From: Phascolarctobacterium succinatutens CAG:287
GTDB lineage: Bacteria; Bacillota; Negativicutes; Acidaminococcales; Acidaminococcaceae
Direction: 5' to 3'
Assembly (NCBI RefSeq): GCF_000434895.1
Contig: NZ_FR892810.1
Coordinates: 1,144 to 65,143 of the forward strand
DNA length: 64,000 nucleotides
Shown here: piece by piece, positions 1-10,484 of the stretch
Layout: every line of letters begins with the position of its first letter
Position numbering within the stretch: position 1 is the stretch's first letter
Translations under genes and position numbers: made by a program
Notes under the pieces: generated by a model
Told to the model about the DNA's origin: nothing
Database searches by the model: none
The model's input: only the letters and a program-made list of their open reading frames with translations

Positions 1-211
1 CCTTGGCACGTCCCTTAACGCCATTGATTGCCAGGCCGGTTTCCGGCTGCAGGCCCAGGTCACGCATAAATTCTGCAACCTTGGCAGCGGTTTTGACTTC
101 CTTGAAGCCTAATTCCGGTTCATCGTTGATGCTGGCACAAATAGCCTTTATCTTATCTGCATATGCGTCAATTGCAGCACACGCTTTTTCTTTTAAAATT
201 TCTTTTGTCAT
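1..211 (-). CDS. M20-family amidohydrolase/peptidase, N-terminal fragment (C-terminus outside window)
   Basis: Reverse-strand translation from ATG at 211 gives MTKEILKEKACAAIDAYADKIKAICASINDEPELGFKEVKTAAKVAEFMRDLGLQPETGLAINGVKGRAK, the typical N-terminus of M20D amidohydrolases. The overlapping plus ORF 3..269 is low-complexity and probably spurious. Confidence 0.45.
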   Translation of the reverse strand, partial: MTKEILKEKACAAIDAYADKIKAICASINDEPELGFKEVKTAAKVAEFMRDLGLQPETGLAINGVKGRAK

Positions 212-581
212 TTTAGTGCGCCTCCAGCGTACCTGTCTTTTCAACAAGTACATAAATAAAAATTTTTAAGTATTTACCTAAATTATAGCATAATTATAGG
301 TAAAGTCAAATCAGGACACTTACAAAAGAAATCATTACCTCATAGTGTGTAATTTGATGCATTATTAGCCGTTTTTCAGAATTTTGTCCACTTTATAAGT
401 GCAGAAAAATGTTCACTAGTCATATTTTCGTTAAGTTTTACAGTTTTTCTGTTTACTATTCACTAATTTCTGTGCTAAAATATAAAAATGGTATTTGTCG
501 GCAGAAAGAGCTTGTCTTAGCGCAGCTAAATGCTGACAACTACAGCACATATTGATATAATATAAAGAAAGGAGTCTTGAC

Positions 582-1274
582 ATGTTTGCTCAGATGAAAA
601 AAGATATTGATGCCATTATGCTGCGCGACCCGGCCGCAAAAACAAGACTGGAGGCCGCAATGTGTTATCCCGGGCTACATGCCATCTGGCTCCATCGTAT
701 AGCGCATCACTTTTATCTGAAGGGCTGGGTAGTATTCCCACGCCTGCTTAATACATTTTCCCGCTTTCTTACCGGTATTGACATCCATCCCGGTGCTAAA
801 CTGGGCCCTGGTCTTTTCATTGACCACGGTATGGGACTTGTTATCGGTGAAACCGCCGAGCTTGGCAGCAATGTCACGCTCTATCAAGGCGTTACCCTTG
901 GCGGTACTGGCAAGGAAAAGGGTAAGCGCCATCCCACCATCGGCAATAATGTTGTTGTTTCCAGCGGTGCGAAGGTGCTCGGTTCCTTCAAGGTAGGCGA
1001 CAATTCCAAAATTGGCAGCGGCAGCGTAGTTCTTAAAGAGGTTCCGCCCAATTCCGTCGTTGTTGGTGTACCCGGACGTGTTGTAACACGTAACGGTGTA
1101 CGTATTGCCTCCAACAATGATGCTGAAAGCATGATTGACCTGAATCATGATAAGCTGCCCGATCCGGTAGCAGATTATGAAGAGCTGCTCGCCAAGCATA
1201 TGGAAGAAATCAACGACCGCCTCAAGGAGTTGGAAAATCTTATTTATGATACTCAAAGTAAGCATTATGACTAA
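582..1274 (+). CDS. cysE: serine O-acetyltransferase
   Basis: Left-handed beta-helix hexapeptide repeats (GIDIHPGAKLGPGLFIDHGMGLVIGETAELGSNVTLYQGVTLGG) and a CysE-type N-terminal helical domain. RBS AAGGAG upstream. Confidence 0.9.
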   Translation: MFAQMKKDIDAIMLRDPAAKTRLEAAMCYPGLHAIWLHRIAHHFYLKGWVVFPRLLNTFSRFLTGIDIHPGAKLGPGLFIDHGMGLVIGETAELGSNVTLYQGVTLGGTGKEKGKRHPTIGNNVVVSSGAKVLGSFKVGDNSKIGSGSVVLKEVPPNSVVVGVPGRVVTRNGVRIASNNDAESMIDLNHDKLPDPVADYEELLAKHMEEINDRLKELENLIYDTQSKHYD

Positions 1275-1288
1275 AAAGAGGTAGAAAA

Positions 1289-2677
1289 ATGAGCAGAACA
1301 ATGACCACAGCAGAAGCCATTCAGGAAGCACGCCGCTGCCTGAACTGTGCGCGCCCTACATGCCGCACCGGCTGTCCGATTGAAAACAATATTCCCGGCT
1401 TTATCCGTGCCTTAAGCGAGGGTAATATCGGCATGGCCTACGAAATCATTTCCGAACGCAGTAACCTGCCCGCTATCTGCGGACGTGTCTGCCCGCATGA
1501 GCGGCAGTGTGAAGCACATTGCGTGTTGACCAAAAAGAAATGCGGTATTGAAATCGGCAGCCTGGAAATGTTCGTTGCTGATTTTGCCCATAACAATGAT
1601 TTAAAGCCTACACAGCCATCAAGCAAGCTGCGCGGTAAGGTTGCCGTAATCGGCTCCGGTCCGGCAGGTCTTACTGTAGCAGGCGATTTGGCCAAGATGG
1701 ATTTTGACGTTACTATTTTTGAAGCTCAAAGCGAACCGGGCGGCGTATTGCTCTTCGGCATTCCGGAATTCCGTCTGCAAAAGGATGTTGTCCGCCGTGA
1801 AATCAGCGAGCTGCAGCACATCGGTGTAGAAATACGCACCAAGCAGCTTGCCGGTGTAGATTTTACCGTTGATGACCTTTTTGCCCAAGGCTACGATGCA
1901 ATTTTCATGGGCACAGGTACCTCCCTGCCGCGCACGCTGGATATCCCCGGCAAGGAGCTGTCCGGTATTTTGACAGCCACCTACTTCCTGCGTATGGTTG
2001 TATTGGCTGACGGAGGCAAGCTGGATGCCAGCGAAACACTGCTGCACACCGGTGACAACGTTATCGTTGTCGGCGCAGGCAACGTTGCTATGGACGCAGC
2101 CCGCACCTCTATCCGCCGCGGTGCCAAAAACGTCACCATCGTCTACCACAAAACGGAAGCTGAAATTTCTGCTTTTCCATCTGAATATGAAGCCGCTGTT
2201 GCCGAAGGTGTACAGTTCCGCTTCCTGAAACAGCCTATCGCCTACTTCAACAAAAAGCAGATGCGCGCCTTAAAGAACATCCGCCGTCAAGCTACGGCAG
2301 CGGACGAAACCGAATTGGCCGGTTTATTGCTGCAAAACATCACCAAAACCGAAAACGGTGAGTTTATTGCAGAAGGCGGTCAGGAGCTTATCCCCTGCGA
2401 CTGCGTTATCCTCGCAGTAGGCCAGAAACCCGCAGCACGTATTGTTTCCAGTACCAAAGGTATTCAGATTGATAAGCAGGGCTTTGTTATTACCCGTGAC
2501 CGTCCCTACGGCATGACCACCCGCGCCGGCGTTTTCAGCAGCGGCGATGTAGTACACGGTCCTGCTACCGTCGTATTGGCGATGAAGGAATCGAAGAAGG
2601 TAGCTGCAGGCATTGCGCAATATGTTGATGCCAAAAAGCTGCTGGAAGACTGCACTATGGATTCCACAACACTGTAA
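1289..2677 (+). CDS. glutamate synthase small-subunit-like NADPH oxidoreductase (GltD/SudA family; 4Fe-4S + FAD/NAD binding)
   Basis: N-terminal Cys cluster (CLNCARPTCRTGCP ... CGRVCPHERQCEAHC) followed by two Rossmann GxGxxG motifs (VAVIGSGPAG, VIVVGAGNVAMD), typical of the GltD/dihydropyrimidine dehydrogenase PreT/sulfide dehydrogenase family. Confidence 0.8.
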   Translation: MSRTMTTAEAIQEARRCLNCARPTCRTGCPIENNIPGFIRALSEGNIGMAYEIISERSNLPAICGRVCPHERQCEAHCVLTKKKCGIEIGSLEMFVADFAHNNDLKPTQPSSKLRGKVAVIGSGPAGLTVAGDLAKMDFDVTIFEAQSEPGGVLLFGIPEFRLQKDVVRREISELQHIGVEIRTKQLAGVDFTVDDLFAQGYDAIFMGTGTSLPRTLDIPGKELSGILTATYFLRMVVLADGGKLDASETLLHTGDNVIVVGAGNVAMDAARTSIRRGAKNVTIVYHKTEAEISAFPSEYEAAVAEGVQFRFLKQPIAYFNKKQMRALKNIRRQATAADETELAGLLLQNITKTENGEFIAEGGQELIPCDCVILAVGQKPAARIVSSTKGIQIDKQGFVITRDRPYGMTTRAGVFSSGDVVHGPATVVLAMKESKKVAAGIAQYVDAKKLLEDCTMDSTTL

Positions 2678-2694
2678 TACTTATTTTTGCATAC

Positions 2695-2737
2695 AAAAAC
2701 CGTCATTTCCCCAACAAGCTGAGGAAATGACGGTTTT
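2695..2737. terminator. bidirectional Rho-independent terminator between convergent genes
   Basis: Perfect inverted repeat aaaaccgtcatttcc...ggaaatgacggtttt flanked by T/A runs, lying between the stop of the plus gene (2677) and the stop of the minus gene (2745). Confidence 0.6.
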
Positions 2738-2744
2738 CTTTACT

Positions 2745-3557
2745 TTATTCGCTGTATTTTCTATATGCGGTGTGGTTGGTGCAGCCGACAATGTTATTGA
2801 TAGCAAAGCCATGCTTGAGCGCAGCAGTGACAAATTTCTTTGCCTGCAGCACAGCTTCCTTCATGCTCAGGCCGTCTGCCAAACCTGCAGTGATTGCTGC
2901 CGAGAAGGTGCAGCCTGCGCCATGGTTGTAGGAAGGATAAATCTTCGGCACAGCCATTTCTGTGAATTCCTTGCCATCGTAGAAAATATCAATAGCGGAA
3001 TTATCGCTCAGACGCTCGCCGCCCTTGATAACAACGCTCTTCGCACCGGCAGCAACAATTTTCACTGCTGCTTCCTTAATCTGCTCTACGGTAGTAACCT
3101 CCGGCATATCCGCAAGATAAGCAGCCTCCACGGTATTCGGGGTAATAACATCGCAGCGCGGCATCAGCAGCTTTTTGATAGCTTCTGCCGCATCCGGCAC
3201 CAAAATCAAATCGCAGCCCTTGCAGACCATAACCGGGTCAATAACCACGTTCTGCAAAGCGTACTTATCAATCGTCGCCGCAACCAGCTCTACCAGCCCA
3301 GCACTGCCCAGCATACCGGTCTTCATCGCATTGATGCCAACACCTTCAATCGCTGTCACCAGCTGCTTTTCCACCAAATCCAAAGGCAGAGGGAATACGC
3401 TGTGTTCCCAGGTAGTCGGGTGCATTGTTACAATGCAGGTCAAAGCAGGCATACCAAAAACGCCCAGCTCCTCCATAGTTTTAATATCTGCTTCCATACC
3501 GGCACCGCCGCTTGTATCGCTGCCGGCAATAGTCAATGCTTTATTCATCAAGGTCAT
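2745..3557 (-). CDS. hydroxymethylpyrimidine/phosphomethylpyrimidine kinase or pyridoxal kinase (ThiD/PdxK ribokinase-fold family)
   Basis: ALTIAGSDTSGGAGMEADIKT ... GAGCTFSAAITAGLADGL motifs of the ThiD/PdxK family. Start moved to the ATG at 3557, which has an AAGGAG RBS; the ORF-track start at 3626 lacks one. Confidence 0.85.
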   Translation of the reverse strand: MTLMNKALTIAGSDTSGGAGMEADIKTMEELGVFGMPALTCIVTMHPTTWEHSVFPLPLDLVEKQLVTAIEGVGINAMKTGMLGSAGLVELVAATIDKYALQNVVIDPVMVCKGCDLILVPDAAEAIKKLLMPRCDVITPNTVEAAYLADMPEVTTVEQIKEAAVKIVAAGAKSVVIKGGERLSDNSAIDIFYDGKEFTEMAVPKIYPSYNHGAGCTFSAAITAGLADGLSMKEAVLQAKKFVTAALKHGFAINNIVGCTNHTAYRKYSE

Positions 3558-3693
3558 AAAGACACACTCCTTCACTTTAATAATGTAATCATTATAACCT
3601 ATCGACTGGCATCTGAATAAGCTCAATTTATGGATATTTAATATGGTCAGTTCAGACTATCGTTTATAAAAGAGCAAAACTGGCGCAAACCTT

Positions 3694-5556
3694 TTAGAAG
3701 GTATAAGTGTAGGTCACATGCACCATGCGCGGCAGGCAGTAATACTTGGTAGTAGCGCCAGGATTGCTTACGATATCATCTCGGTCGAAAATATTCTCCA
3801 CGCCAAGCTCTACGCTACTGCTCTTGTCGAGCTTATAGCCGGCAATAAAGTTTACCGGCAGCAAATCGCCCCAACCGCTGGCTCTATCCGTAGTAAACAT
3901 GCCTGTCAGCGCAGCATTGAACTTAGCATCATGGTATTTAATACTTGCATTGTATTGCTCGCGTGCAAATTTACGCTCCCATACGCCTTTTTTATTTTTG
4001 CCCATAGGATTGCAGAAATTAGCGCCCAGAGAATAGCTGTATTTGCTACCGAAATCCTTCTCATAGGTCATTTCCAGACCTTTATTTTTAAAGGACATAT
4101 TACGTGTCACAGACGGATTGGAGCTGGTTCCCCTGCCTTCGTACTCAATAGTATCCAAATCCATATAATACAAAGCAGCTTTGAACATGCTTGTATTAGA
4201 TGCCTTTTTGTAACCGAACTCATAGGTCCAACCTTCTTCAGGCTCCAGAAATGGATTAGCCGCAACGTTGGTACCGCCGCCGCCGTAAATTTGGGTAAAT
4301 GTAGGCATCTTAAAAGATTTTGCCGCATTTGCATATAAGCTGCTGTTATTATCCAGCTTCTTCAGCAAAGCAAACTGCGGTGTAAAGGCATCATAACGCT
4401 TATTGGCCTCTACAACAGTTTCACGGGCACCTACGGTAGCAGTATAGCCTGCGCCAAGATCCTTAGAAAGCTGTGCAAACACAGCATAATTTGTTCTGAA
4501 TTCATTAATCTTCGTACCGGGTTTAATGTTTTTTGCTACGGTAATATCATTTTTATAGGAATCACGGGAAACCGTCGTACCAACAATAACATCACCGAAT
4601 TTACCGGTAATCTGCTTTTGCAAATCAAGGCCTATGGTATCAAAGCGTAAATGATCGGACTTGGTCCATTTAGAGCCGGTAACATTGTAGGTCTGATTTC
4701 TGCGATTGCTGCGGTTATAAAACAAATTGGCACTCACGCTGTCATCCTTATATTGCAAGCGTGAAAAATCATCAATGTAGTGGTAATTCGCATCCTCGGT
4801 AAGCTTGCTCCAGGTTTTTTCAAACTGATCATAGGAATACTTGCTGTCGTTATGCTGGTGCGAGAAGCTCCAGTTATCATCAAACTTATAGCTGGCGGTA
4901 AAGGACTTTTTGTTTAAATCGTTAATCTGCTTATAGTTACTGCTATAACCCTTCATCGGGTCGCTCTGCTCCAGCGCCACTGCCAAATTCAGCTTATCGG
5001 CATTCAATGTCAGCGCTGCCTTTTCCCTGCCGTATTCGCCCTTAGTCAGTGACAAAGTGTTAGGCATCTTCTTTTTCGTGATGATATTGATAACACCGGT
5101 AGAAGCCTCGGAACCGTAAAGAGTAGAAGCAGCGCCCTTAACTATTTCTACGCGTGCAATAGATTCCACAGGAATAGAGTCCAGATAATAGCTTTCATTG
5201 ATGTTGGCAGGCATGCCGTCAATCATCACCACGGTACCCTTGTTAGCACCACGCATCAGGATTTTGGCATTCATACCGCCAAGGGACTGGCTGCCGCCAT
5301 AGGAGTAGGTAGTTACGCCGCTTTGCAGACGCAAAGCATCAAAAAGATTAGCAGCGCCTGTTTCAACAAGCTGCTTTTGGGAAACGGTAGTAACGGAAGC
5401 AGGCGTATCTACATCACGCTTGCTTTCGCGCTGCGCGGTAACAACCATGGTGTCAAGATTGTATGTCTGCAGGCTGTCGGCAAAAGCCGGAGCCGCAAGA
5501 GATATATTAGCAGCCAGCATTGTGGCTGCCAGTAAAAACTGGGTATTTTTTCTCAT
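3694..5556 (-). CDS. TonB-dependent outer-membrane receptor
   Basis: Signal peptide; TonB box/plug region (DTMVVTAQRESKRDVDTPASVTTVS ... ILMRGANKGTVVMIDGMP ... VEIVKGAASTLYGSEASTGVINIITKK); long beta-barrel ending in aromatic ...YTYTF. Confidence 0.85.
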   Translation of the reverse strand: MRKNTQFLLAATMLAANISLAAPAFADSLQTYNLDTMVVTAQRESKRDVDTPASVTTVSQKQLVETGAANLFDALRLQSGVTTYSYGGSQSLGGMNAKILMRGANKGTVVMIDGMPANINESYYLDSIPVESIARVEIVKGAASTLYGSEASTGVINIITKKKMPNTLSLTKGEYGREKAALTLNADKLNLAVALEQSDPMKGYSSNYKQINDLNKKSFTASYKFDDNWSFSHQHNDSKYSYDQFEKTWSKLTEDANYHYIDDFSRLQYKDDSVSANLFYNRSNRRNQTYNVTGSKWTKSDHLRFDTIGLDLQKQITGKFGDVIVGTTVSRDSYKNDITVAKNIKPGTKINEFRTNYAVFAQLSKDLGAGYTATVGARETVVEANKRYDAFTPQFALLKKLDNNSSLYANAAKSFKMPTFTQIYGGGGTNVAANPFLEPEEGWTYEFGYKKASNTSMFKAALYYMDLDTIEYEGRGTSSNPSVTRNMSFKNKGLEMTYEKDFGSKYSYSLGANFCNPMGKNKKGVWERKFAREQYNASIKYHDAKFNAALTGMFTTDRASGWGDLLPVNFIAGYKLDKSSSVELGVENIFDRDDIVSNPGATTKYYCLPRMVHVTYTYTF

Positions 5557-5740
5557 ATATATTCATCCTCTCATGTGCATAAAACATCTGCCAAATATAG
5601 ATTTATAGCACTTTTAAGGATGGTTGTCAATAGGGTTTTAATATGAGAAGTGCCGCAGAAATAATAAAAACATATCTATTAATGCTTTTATTATAAAAAG
5701 CATTAACGATTCGTTCTTTTGTGCTTAATATATTTCAATG

Positions 5741-6694
5741 CTACACTATATCTCTAAAATATTGGATTGTTTTTTCCAATCCTACTTCCAAATCAACTTT
5801 TGGTTTCCATTTTAAAACATTCATAGCTAAAGAAATATCTGGACAACGTCTTTTAGGATCATCTTTTGGCAAAGCCTTATAAGAAAAATCAGAACTATTT
5901 TCACAATACAATCTGATTAAACTAGCAACATCAAAAATTGTTCTTTCATCAGGATTCCCTAAATTAACAGGTCCTTGAAATGAATCTTCCGTTGACATCA
6001 TTTTTAATAAACCATCCACCAAGTCATCAATATAGCAAAAACTTCTAGTTTGTTCTCCTCTTCCATATATAGTTAAGTTCTCTCCCCTTAACGCCTGAAC
6101 TATAAAATTAGAAATAACTCTACCATCATCAGCAGACATAAATGGGCCATACGTATTAAATATTCTTACAACCTTTACCAAAGAACCATATTTCCTCGCA
6201 TAATCAAAAATCAAGGACTCAGCACATCTTTTCCCTTCATCGTAACATGATCTGATACCTGTACAATTAACGTTTCCCAAGTAATTCTCTTTTTGTGGAA
6301 AAATTAACGGATCTCCGTAAACTTCGCTTGTACTAGCCTGTAAAAACTTTGCATGATTTTTTCGTGCCAAATTCAATAAATTCAATACACATATCGTGTT
6401 TACTTTAGTAGTATATATTGGATCTTCTTGATATTTCAATGGAGCTGCTGGACACGCAAGGTTATAAATCTCATCGATTTTATATGAAGAATCCAAAACA
6501 TCTAATATATCCAATATATCTCCATTTACTATATTAAATCTCTCAGTTTCTAACAATACTCTTACATTATTTATATTTCCAGTCGTAAGATTATCAAAAC
6601 ATATTACGTGGTTCTGTAAATTATCTAGCAGTCGACGGCATAAATTGGAACCAATAAATCCAGCTCCTCCCGTAACCAAAATAGTACTCATCAT
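5741..6694 (-). CDS. NAD-dependent epimerase/dehydratase, UDP-glucuronate decarboxylase (UXS)-like
   Basis: N-terminal GGAGFIGSNL Rossmann motif, catalytic YxxxK-like region (YDEGKR), and UXS-like blocks RIFNTYGP and LTIYGRGEQTRSFCYIDDLV. AT-rich gene. Confidence 0.8.
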   Translation of the reverse strand: MMSTILVTGGAGFIGSNLCRRLLDNLQNHVICFDNLTTGNINNVRVLLETERFNIVNGDILDILDVLDSSYKIDEIYNLACPAAPLKYQEDPIYTTKVNTICVLNLLNLARKNHAKFLQASTSEVYGDPLIFPQKENYLGNVNCTGIRSCYDEGKRCAESLIFDYARKYGSLVKVVRIFNTYGPFMSADDGRVISNFIVQALRGENLTIYGRGEQTRSFCYIDDLVDGLLKMMSTEDSFQGPVNLGNPDERTIFDVASLIRLYCENSSDFSYKALPKDDPKRRCPDISLAMNVLKWKPKVDLEVGLEKTIQYFRDIV

Positions 6695-6746
6695 TTCCTC
6701 CTAAAAACCAAACGCAGCAAATCGTCGTTGATAGTAATCATAAAAA

Positions 6747-7946
6747 TCAAAGCACTATACGATTAAAACGAGCTTCATTCGAAAGGCTAGTACGTAAAGC
6801 TTTACTACAATAAAACGGATCCAGGTTATATTCTTTCAAAATTTTATCTAATGAATAAAAATAATTAATAACAGTTTCAAATGACGGGACATCACAATCC
6901 AAACGATTTCCTTTATCAAGGTGTAACACATTTGCACTAGAAACAATACCTTGAGAAGCAAGGTATTGATTAAATTTAAGCAAATTTCCAATAGGTTCTA
7001 AACCTAAAACAAAATTAGTCCAAGAATTACCATAGCCAAATACATCAACACCTTTTTTTAAAGCATCTAAGATATGATTAAATCCGATGTTCTTTTTTCC
7101 TGGACAATATTTTGCAAAATCATCTTCATTCCCAAGCTCAAAATTAAATACTATTTTTTCAATTCCGGCTTCCTTAAAGTCTTCTAGTATGTCTAAATCA
7201 TTGGGCGGCATACAAACTGCTATAATACCTTCAGTAGACTTTTTCTCTACTAATGGCTTTATTGCCCTAACAATATCACAATAAATGTGAGCTTGCATAT
7301 CTAACACTTGATCAGATAAGTCTCCAGAAATCAGAATCACATGCATATGTTCATCATAACATTTTGACTTAATAGCCGCTTTGACTGATTTCGTGAGATA
7401 ATTTAGATATGTATCCTTATTTTCATTCCAAAAATCGGGAGAAGAAACCTGATATGCCGTAAAAATACTTGCTTTGTTTTCACCAGCAACAGTGTTTGCA
7501 CCACAGAAAAGACAACCTGCAGAAATATTGCATCCTTTCCAAGGAATTATGTTCAATTCATCCAAACCACAAGCAGATACAAAATCCTTTGCAACTAAAT
7601 CTTCTTCTAATTTATAAGAATAGTAGTCAGGTTCTTCAATAAAAGAGATTGAAATATCTTCAACTTTTCTATTATCAACAGTCGCAAATAATTCCCCATT
7701 TTTGCAATCAACCACTACTGGTTTTAACTTTCCAGGAGCCACACAAGAAGATACTGTTTCAAATCCATCCGAATGACGTATCAATAATTCTTGAGGACGG
7801 AAGTTATCTGCTCCTACCGGAGCATTGTATACCAAATTCTGAATCTTGGCATTTGTCTTACGTGCATATAAAAGAGCTTCATCAGTAAATTGTACCCCAT
7901 GCGTTAATATCATAGCTTTTAAAAAAGTTTCAGGCATTATCATCAT
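6747..7946 (-). CDS. hypothetical protein, possible radical-SAM-like enzyme with noncanonical CX5CX2C motif
   Basis: The only Cys triad is CNISAGCLFCGAN. Downstream segments (HVILISGD, NFVLGLEP) sit where the GGE-like and GxIxGxxE-like radical SAM TIM-barrel motifs would be. No canonical CX3CX2C. Confidence 0.35.
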   Translation of the reverse strand: MMIMPETFLKAMILTHGVQFTDEALLYARKTNAKIQNLVYNAPVGADNFRPQELLIRHSDGFETVSSCVAPGKLKPVVVDCKNGELFATVDNRKVEDISISFIEEPDYYSYKLEEDLVAKDFVSACGLDELNIIPWKGCNISAGCLFCGANTVAGENKASIFTAYQVSSPDFWNENKDTYLNYLTKSVKAAIKSKCYDEHMHVILISGDLSDQVLDMQAHIYCDIVRAIKPLVEKKSTEGIIAVCMPPNDLDILEDFKEAGIEKIVFNFELGNEDDFAKYCPGKKNIGFNHILDALKKGVDVFGYGNSWTNFVLGLEPIGNLLKFNQYLASQGIVSSANVLHLDKGNRLDCDVPSFETVINYFYSLDKILKEYNLDPFYCSKALRTSLSNEARFNRIVL

Positions 7947-8874
7947 TCTTATCTCCTCTTAGTATATTAAAAATCCAAACGATATGAAATATTGGAAAAA
8001 ACAACTGATAAATTACACCATAAAATAGTAGTTTATAATCTTTTCTAGTCATAAGTAAAGCGATTGCTAAAATATAAATCATTCCAGCGTACAAATTACA
8101 ATAACTAATGTATCCAATCATAAGCCAATTGACTATCCAACTAAAATGGTAAAATGCTGCATGCAATAATAATTTGCTTTGATATTCTTTTCGTTTCGGA
8201 TATGAGAATATTTGATAGAAACCTTTCGCCCAACGCTTACGTTGTCTACATAATCCCCCAAAATTTGTATTAGGTTTTTCGTAACCAAGAAGAAAAGACG
8301 ATCGTAATATACTATAGTCTTTCCTATTATTACTTATATAAGCGCCAATAGCAAGATCATCTAAAAAAGTATCAATTTGATATAATTTATCTTGAAAAGC
8401 TTTTGGTCTAATAAAAAAGCATTGTCCTGGTATACTAATTCCCATATTTAATTTCCACGATAAAGGTCTTATCAAATCATGAGATAAGTGTTTATCCGTC
8501 GCCACTAGATTTGATATAAAGCCAGACTGTGATTGGGCATAAATTCGTCCCCATCCAATATCATATTTCCCTGATAATCCTTTTTCTAAAAACTTGAGTA
8601 TTGTCTCGTCATTTACATTTATATCGTTATCAATACTCAAATATAAACAATCCTCTTGTTCTCTTTCAAATAAATACAGTAGCCTAATATACTTTGTTCC
8701 CGGAAAATTTATACTATCGATTTTTATGCCATCAAATTCAAATTTTCTATCATTATCAGTAAATATGATACAAGAGATTTTTGTATTAAGCTTTAACGAA
8801 AGCGTAAGTATCTTTTTTATATTATCATTAAAAGCCTCATTGCTTCGCATATATGTTATAATTTTCAAGTTCAT
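7930..8874 (-). CDS. membrane glycosyltransferase family 2
   Basis: DXD-like motifs (SIDNDINVND), Q-R-K-R-W motif (CRQRKRWAKG) typical of processive/inverting GT2 enzymes, and C-terminal transmembrane helices. 4-nt-scale overlaps with both neighbours. Confidence 0.7.
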   Translation of the reverse strand: MNLKIITYMRSNEAFNDNIKKILTLSLKLNTKISCIIFTDNDRKFEFDGIKIDSINFPGTKYIRLLYLFEREQEDCLYLSIDNDINVNDETILKFLEKGLSGKYDIGWGRIYAQSQSGFISNLVATDKHLSHDLIRPLSWKLNMGISIPGQCFFIRPKAFQDKLYQIDTFLDDLAIGAYISNNRKDYSILRSSFLLGYEKPNTNFGGLCRQRKRWAKGFYQIFSYPKRKEYQSKLLLHAAFYHFSWIVNWLMIGYISYCNLYAGMIYILAIALLMTRKDYKLLFYGVIYQLFFPIFHIVWIFNILRGDKNDDNA

Positions 8875-10484
8875 ATTATATCTACCTTTTCTCCATTCAT
8901 ATAAACATATTCAAGCTTCATTCTTTTGGCAGAAAGCAAAGCGTCTGATTGACTTTCTACAATAGGTTCTCCTTTGCCATTAAAAGAAGTGTTAATCAAT
9001 ACTAATTCCCCATATTTTTTCTCAAGATAATCTAAAATTTTCCAAATCAGCTTTTTATTTTGATTCTCGTATATAACTTGAATTCTAACAGTATTATCTT
9101 TATGAACCAAAGCTGGCATATAATCTATCATTTCAGGTTTAATATTTATTGCCGATAGCATAAGCGGACTAGCTATTCTATCATCAGTAATCTTTTTCAG
9201 ATTACGCTCTAATATTACACCTCCAAAAGGTCTAAAGTTTTCCCGATGCTTTATCTGTAAATTGAGCCGATCCTTCATGTTCTTACTTTTTGCAGAAGCA
9301 ATAATGCTTCGATTGCAAAGAGCTCGCGGACCATATTCCGAGCCACCTTCAAATAGTCCTATAATCTTATCATCATGTATATCTTTTATTACCTGAAATA
9401 ATACAGATTCATCATAACATATTTCACCATAACTTTTTCCTAATGCATAGTCCCACTCAATTTTACTCTTATCTTTAAATATTTTTCTAATTGCCCAAAG
9501 TCCTGCTCCTATAGAAATTCCGTCATCTCCACTTGCTGGAAAAAGACCCAATGAATTAATCAATCCACTATTTATTAATTTTCCATTGTTAAGGCAATTT
9601 AATGCAACCCCACCAGAAAAACAAAAATCTAGGACATTATATTTTTCAGAAAAATATTTAATACGGGTTTGAATGTAGCTTTCTAATTCGAATTGAAGAG
9701 CACATGCAATATTTTTTGCTGTTTGCAACTCATATGATAGTGGATAATCTTGTGAATTTAAATAATCTAACCATTCTTTACGAACATGTAATTTTTTATC
9801 AAAATACAGACATTCTGGTACATCAGCATTCCCCACACCATATGCTGCCAATGCCATAACTTTGCCAGCTGCATTATAATCCTTAAAAATCAGTCGGCTA
9901 ACATCGGCATAGGCATATCCTATGGAGTCCATATGTGATCCCCATTTGTATTTATGCTTAGATGCACTTTCATGAACAGCATATTTCTTTTCAGCTTGTA
10001 ATTCAGTTATTTCGCCATTATCCAGTAGATATAGAGATTCTGCTTCAAATAAATCTTCTTCTGATAAGCTCGAACATCCATTATCAACTGGTCTGCACCC
10101 ACGCCCATCCATTATATAAATTAATGTCTTGTCAAATTTAGCTGCTAAAGATGCTGCATATGCATGAAATAAATGATGCTCATATCTCACAATTACTTTT
10201 GAAAACTTCTTATAATAATCATCATTAATTTCAGTTGAATCATACCAATTTACACGAACAACTAACGAAATTTGATTATACGTAATACCAGCAGCTTTAA
10301 GTAAATATTCTATGCATTCAATAGGTTCTCCAGAATCATGTTTTTTTCTAGTTAATCGCTCTCTGGCAATTGCATAGAGTAATTGATTATTTTTATATAA
10401 ACATGCTGAAGAATCATGTCCACTATGAACGCCAAGTATATAACGATCCACTTGATTCCCCCCTTTACAAACGTGCTTTTTCAA
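8871..10484 (-). CDS. carbamoyltransferase (NodU/CmcH/TobZ family)
   Basis: N-terminal ASKHA/Kae1-like block ILGVHSGHDSSACLYKNNQLLYAIARERLTRKKHD and C-terminal YrdC-like carbamoyltransferase region. About 537 aa, the typical length. Confidence 0.8.
   Translation of the reverse strand: MKKHVCKGGNQVDRYILGVHSGHDSSACLYKNNQLLYAIARERLTRKKHDSGEPIECIEYLLKAAGITYNQISLVVRVNWYDSTEINDDYYKKFSKVIVRYEHHLFHAYAASLAAKFDKTLIYIMDGRGCRPVDNGCSSLSEEDLFEAESLYLLDNGEITELQAEKKYAVHESASKHKYKWGSHMDSIGYAYADVSRLIFKDYNAAGKVMALAAYGVGNADVPECLYFDKKLHVRKEWLDYLNSQDYPLSYELQTAKNIACALQFELESYIQTRIKYFSEKYNVLDFCFSGGVALNCLNNGKLINSGLINSLGLFPASGDDGISIGAGLWAIRKIFKDKSKIEWDYALGKSYGEICYDESVLFQVIKDIHDDKIIGLFEGGSEYGPRALCNRSIIASAKSKNMKDRLNLQIKHRENFRPFGGVILERNLKKITDDRIASPLMLSAINIKPEMIDYMPALVHKDNTVRIQVIYENQNKKLIWKILDYLEKKYGELVLINTSFNGKGEPIVESQSDALLSAKRMKLEYVYMNGEKVDII

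Noticed and set aside
3-269. Plus-strand 88-aa ORF at the window start
   Set aside because: Low-complexity translation. The reverse strand encodes a convincing M20 amidohydrolase N-terminus with an ATG at 211.
300-580. Possible T-box or other riboswitch leader upstream of cysE
   Set aside because: No T-box consensus (AGGGUGGNACCGCG) or other recognisable riboswitch core was seen. Only a weak near-palindrome (ttgtcggca...tgctgacaa) is present.
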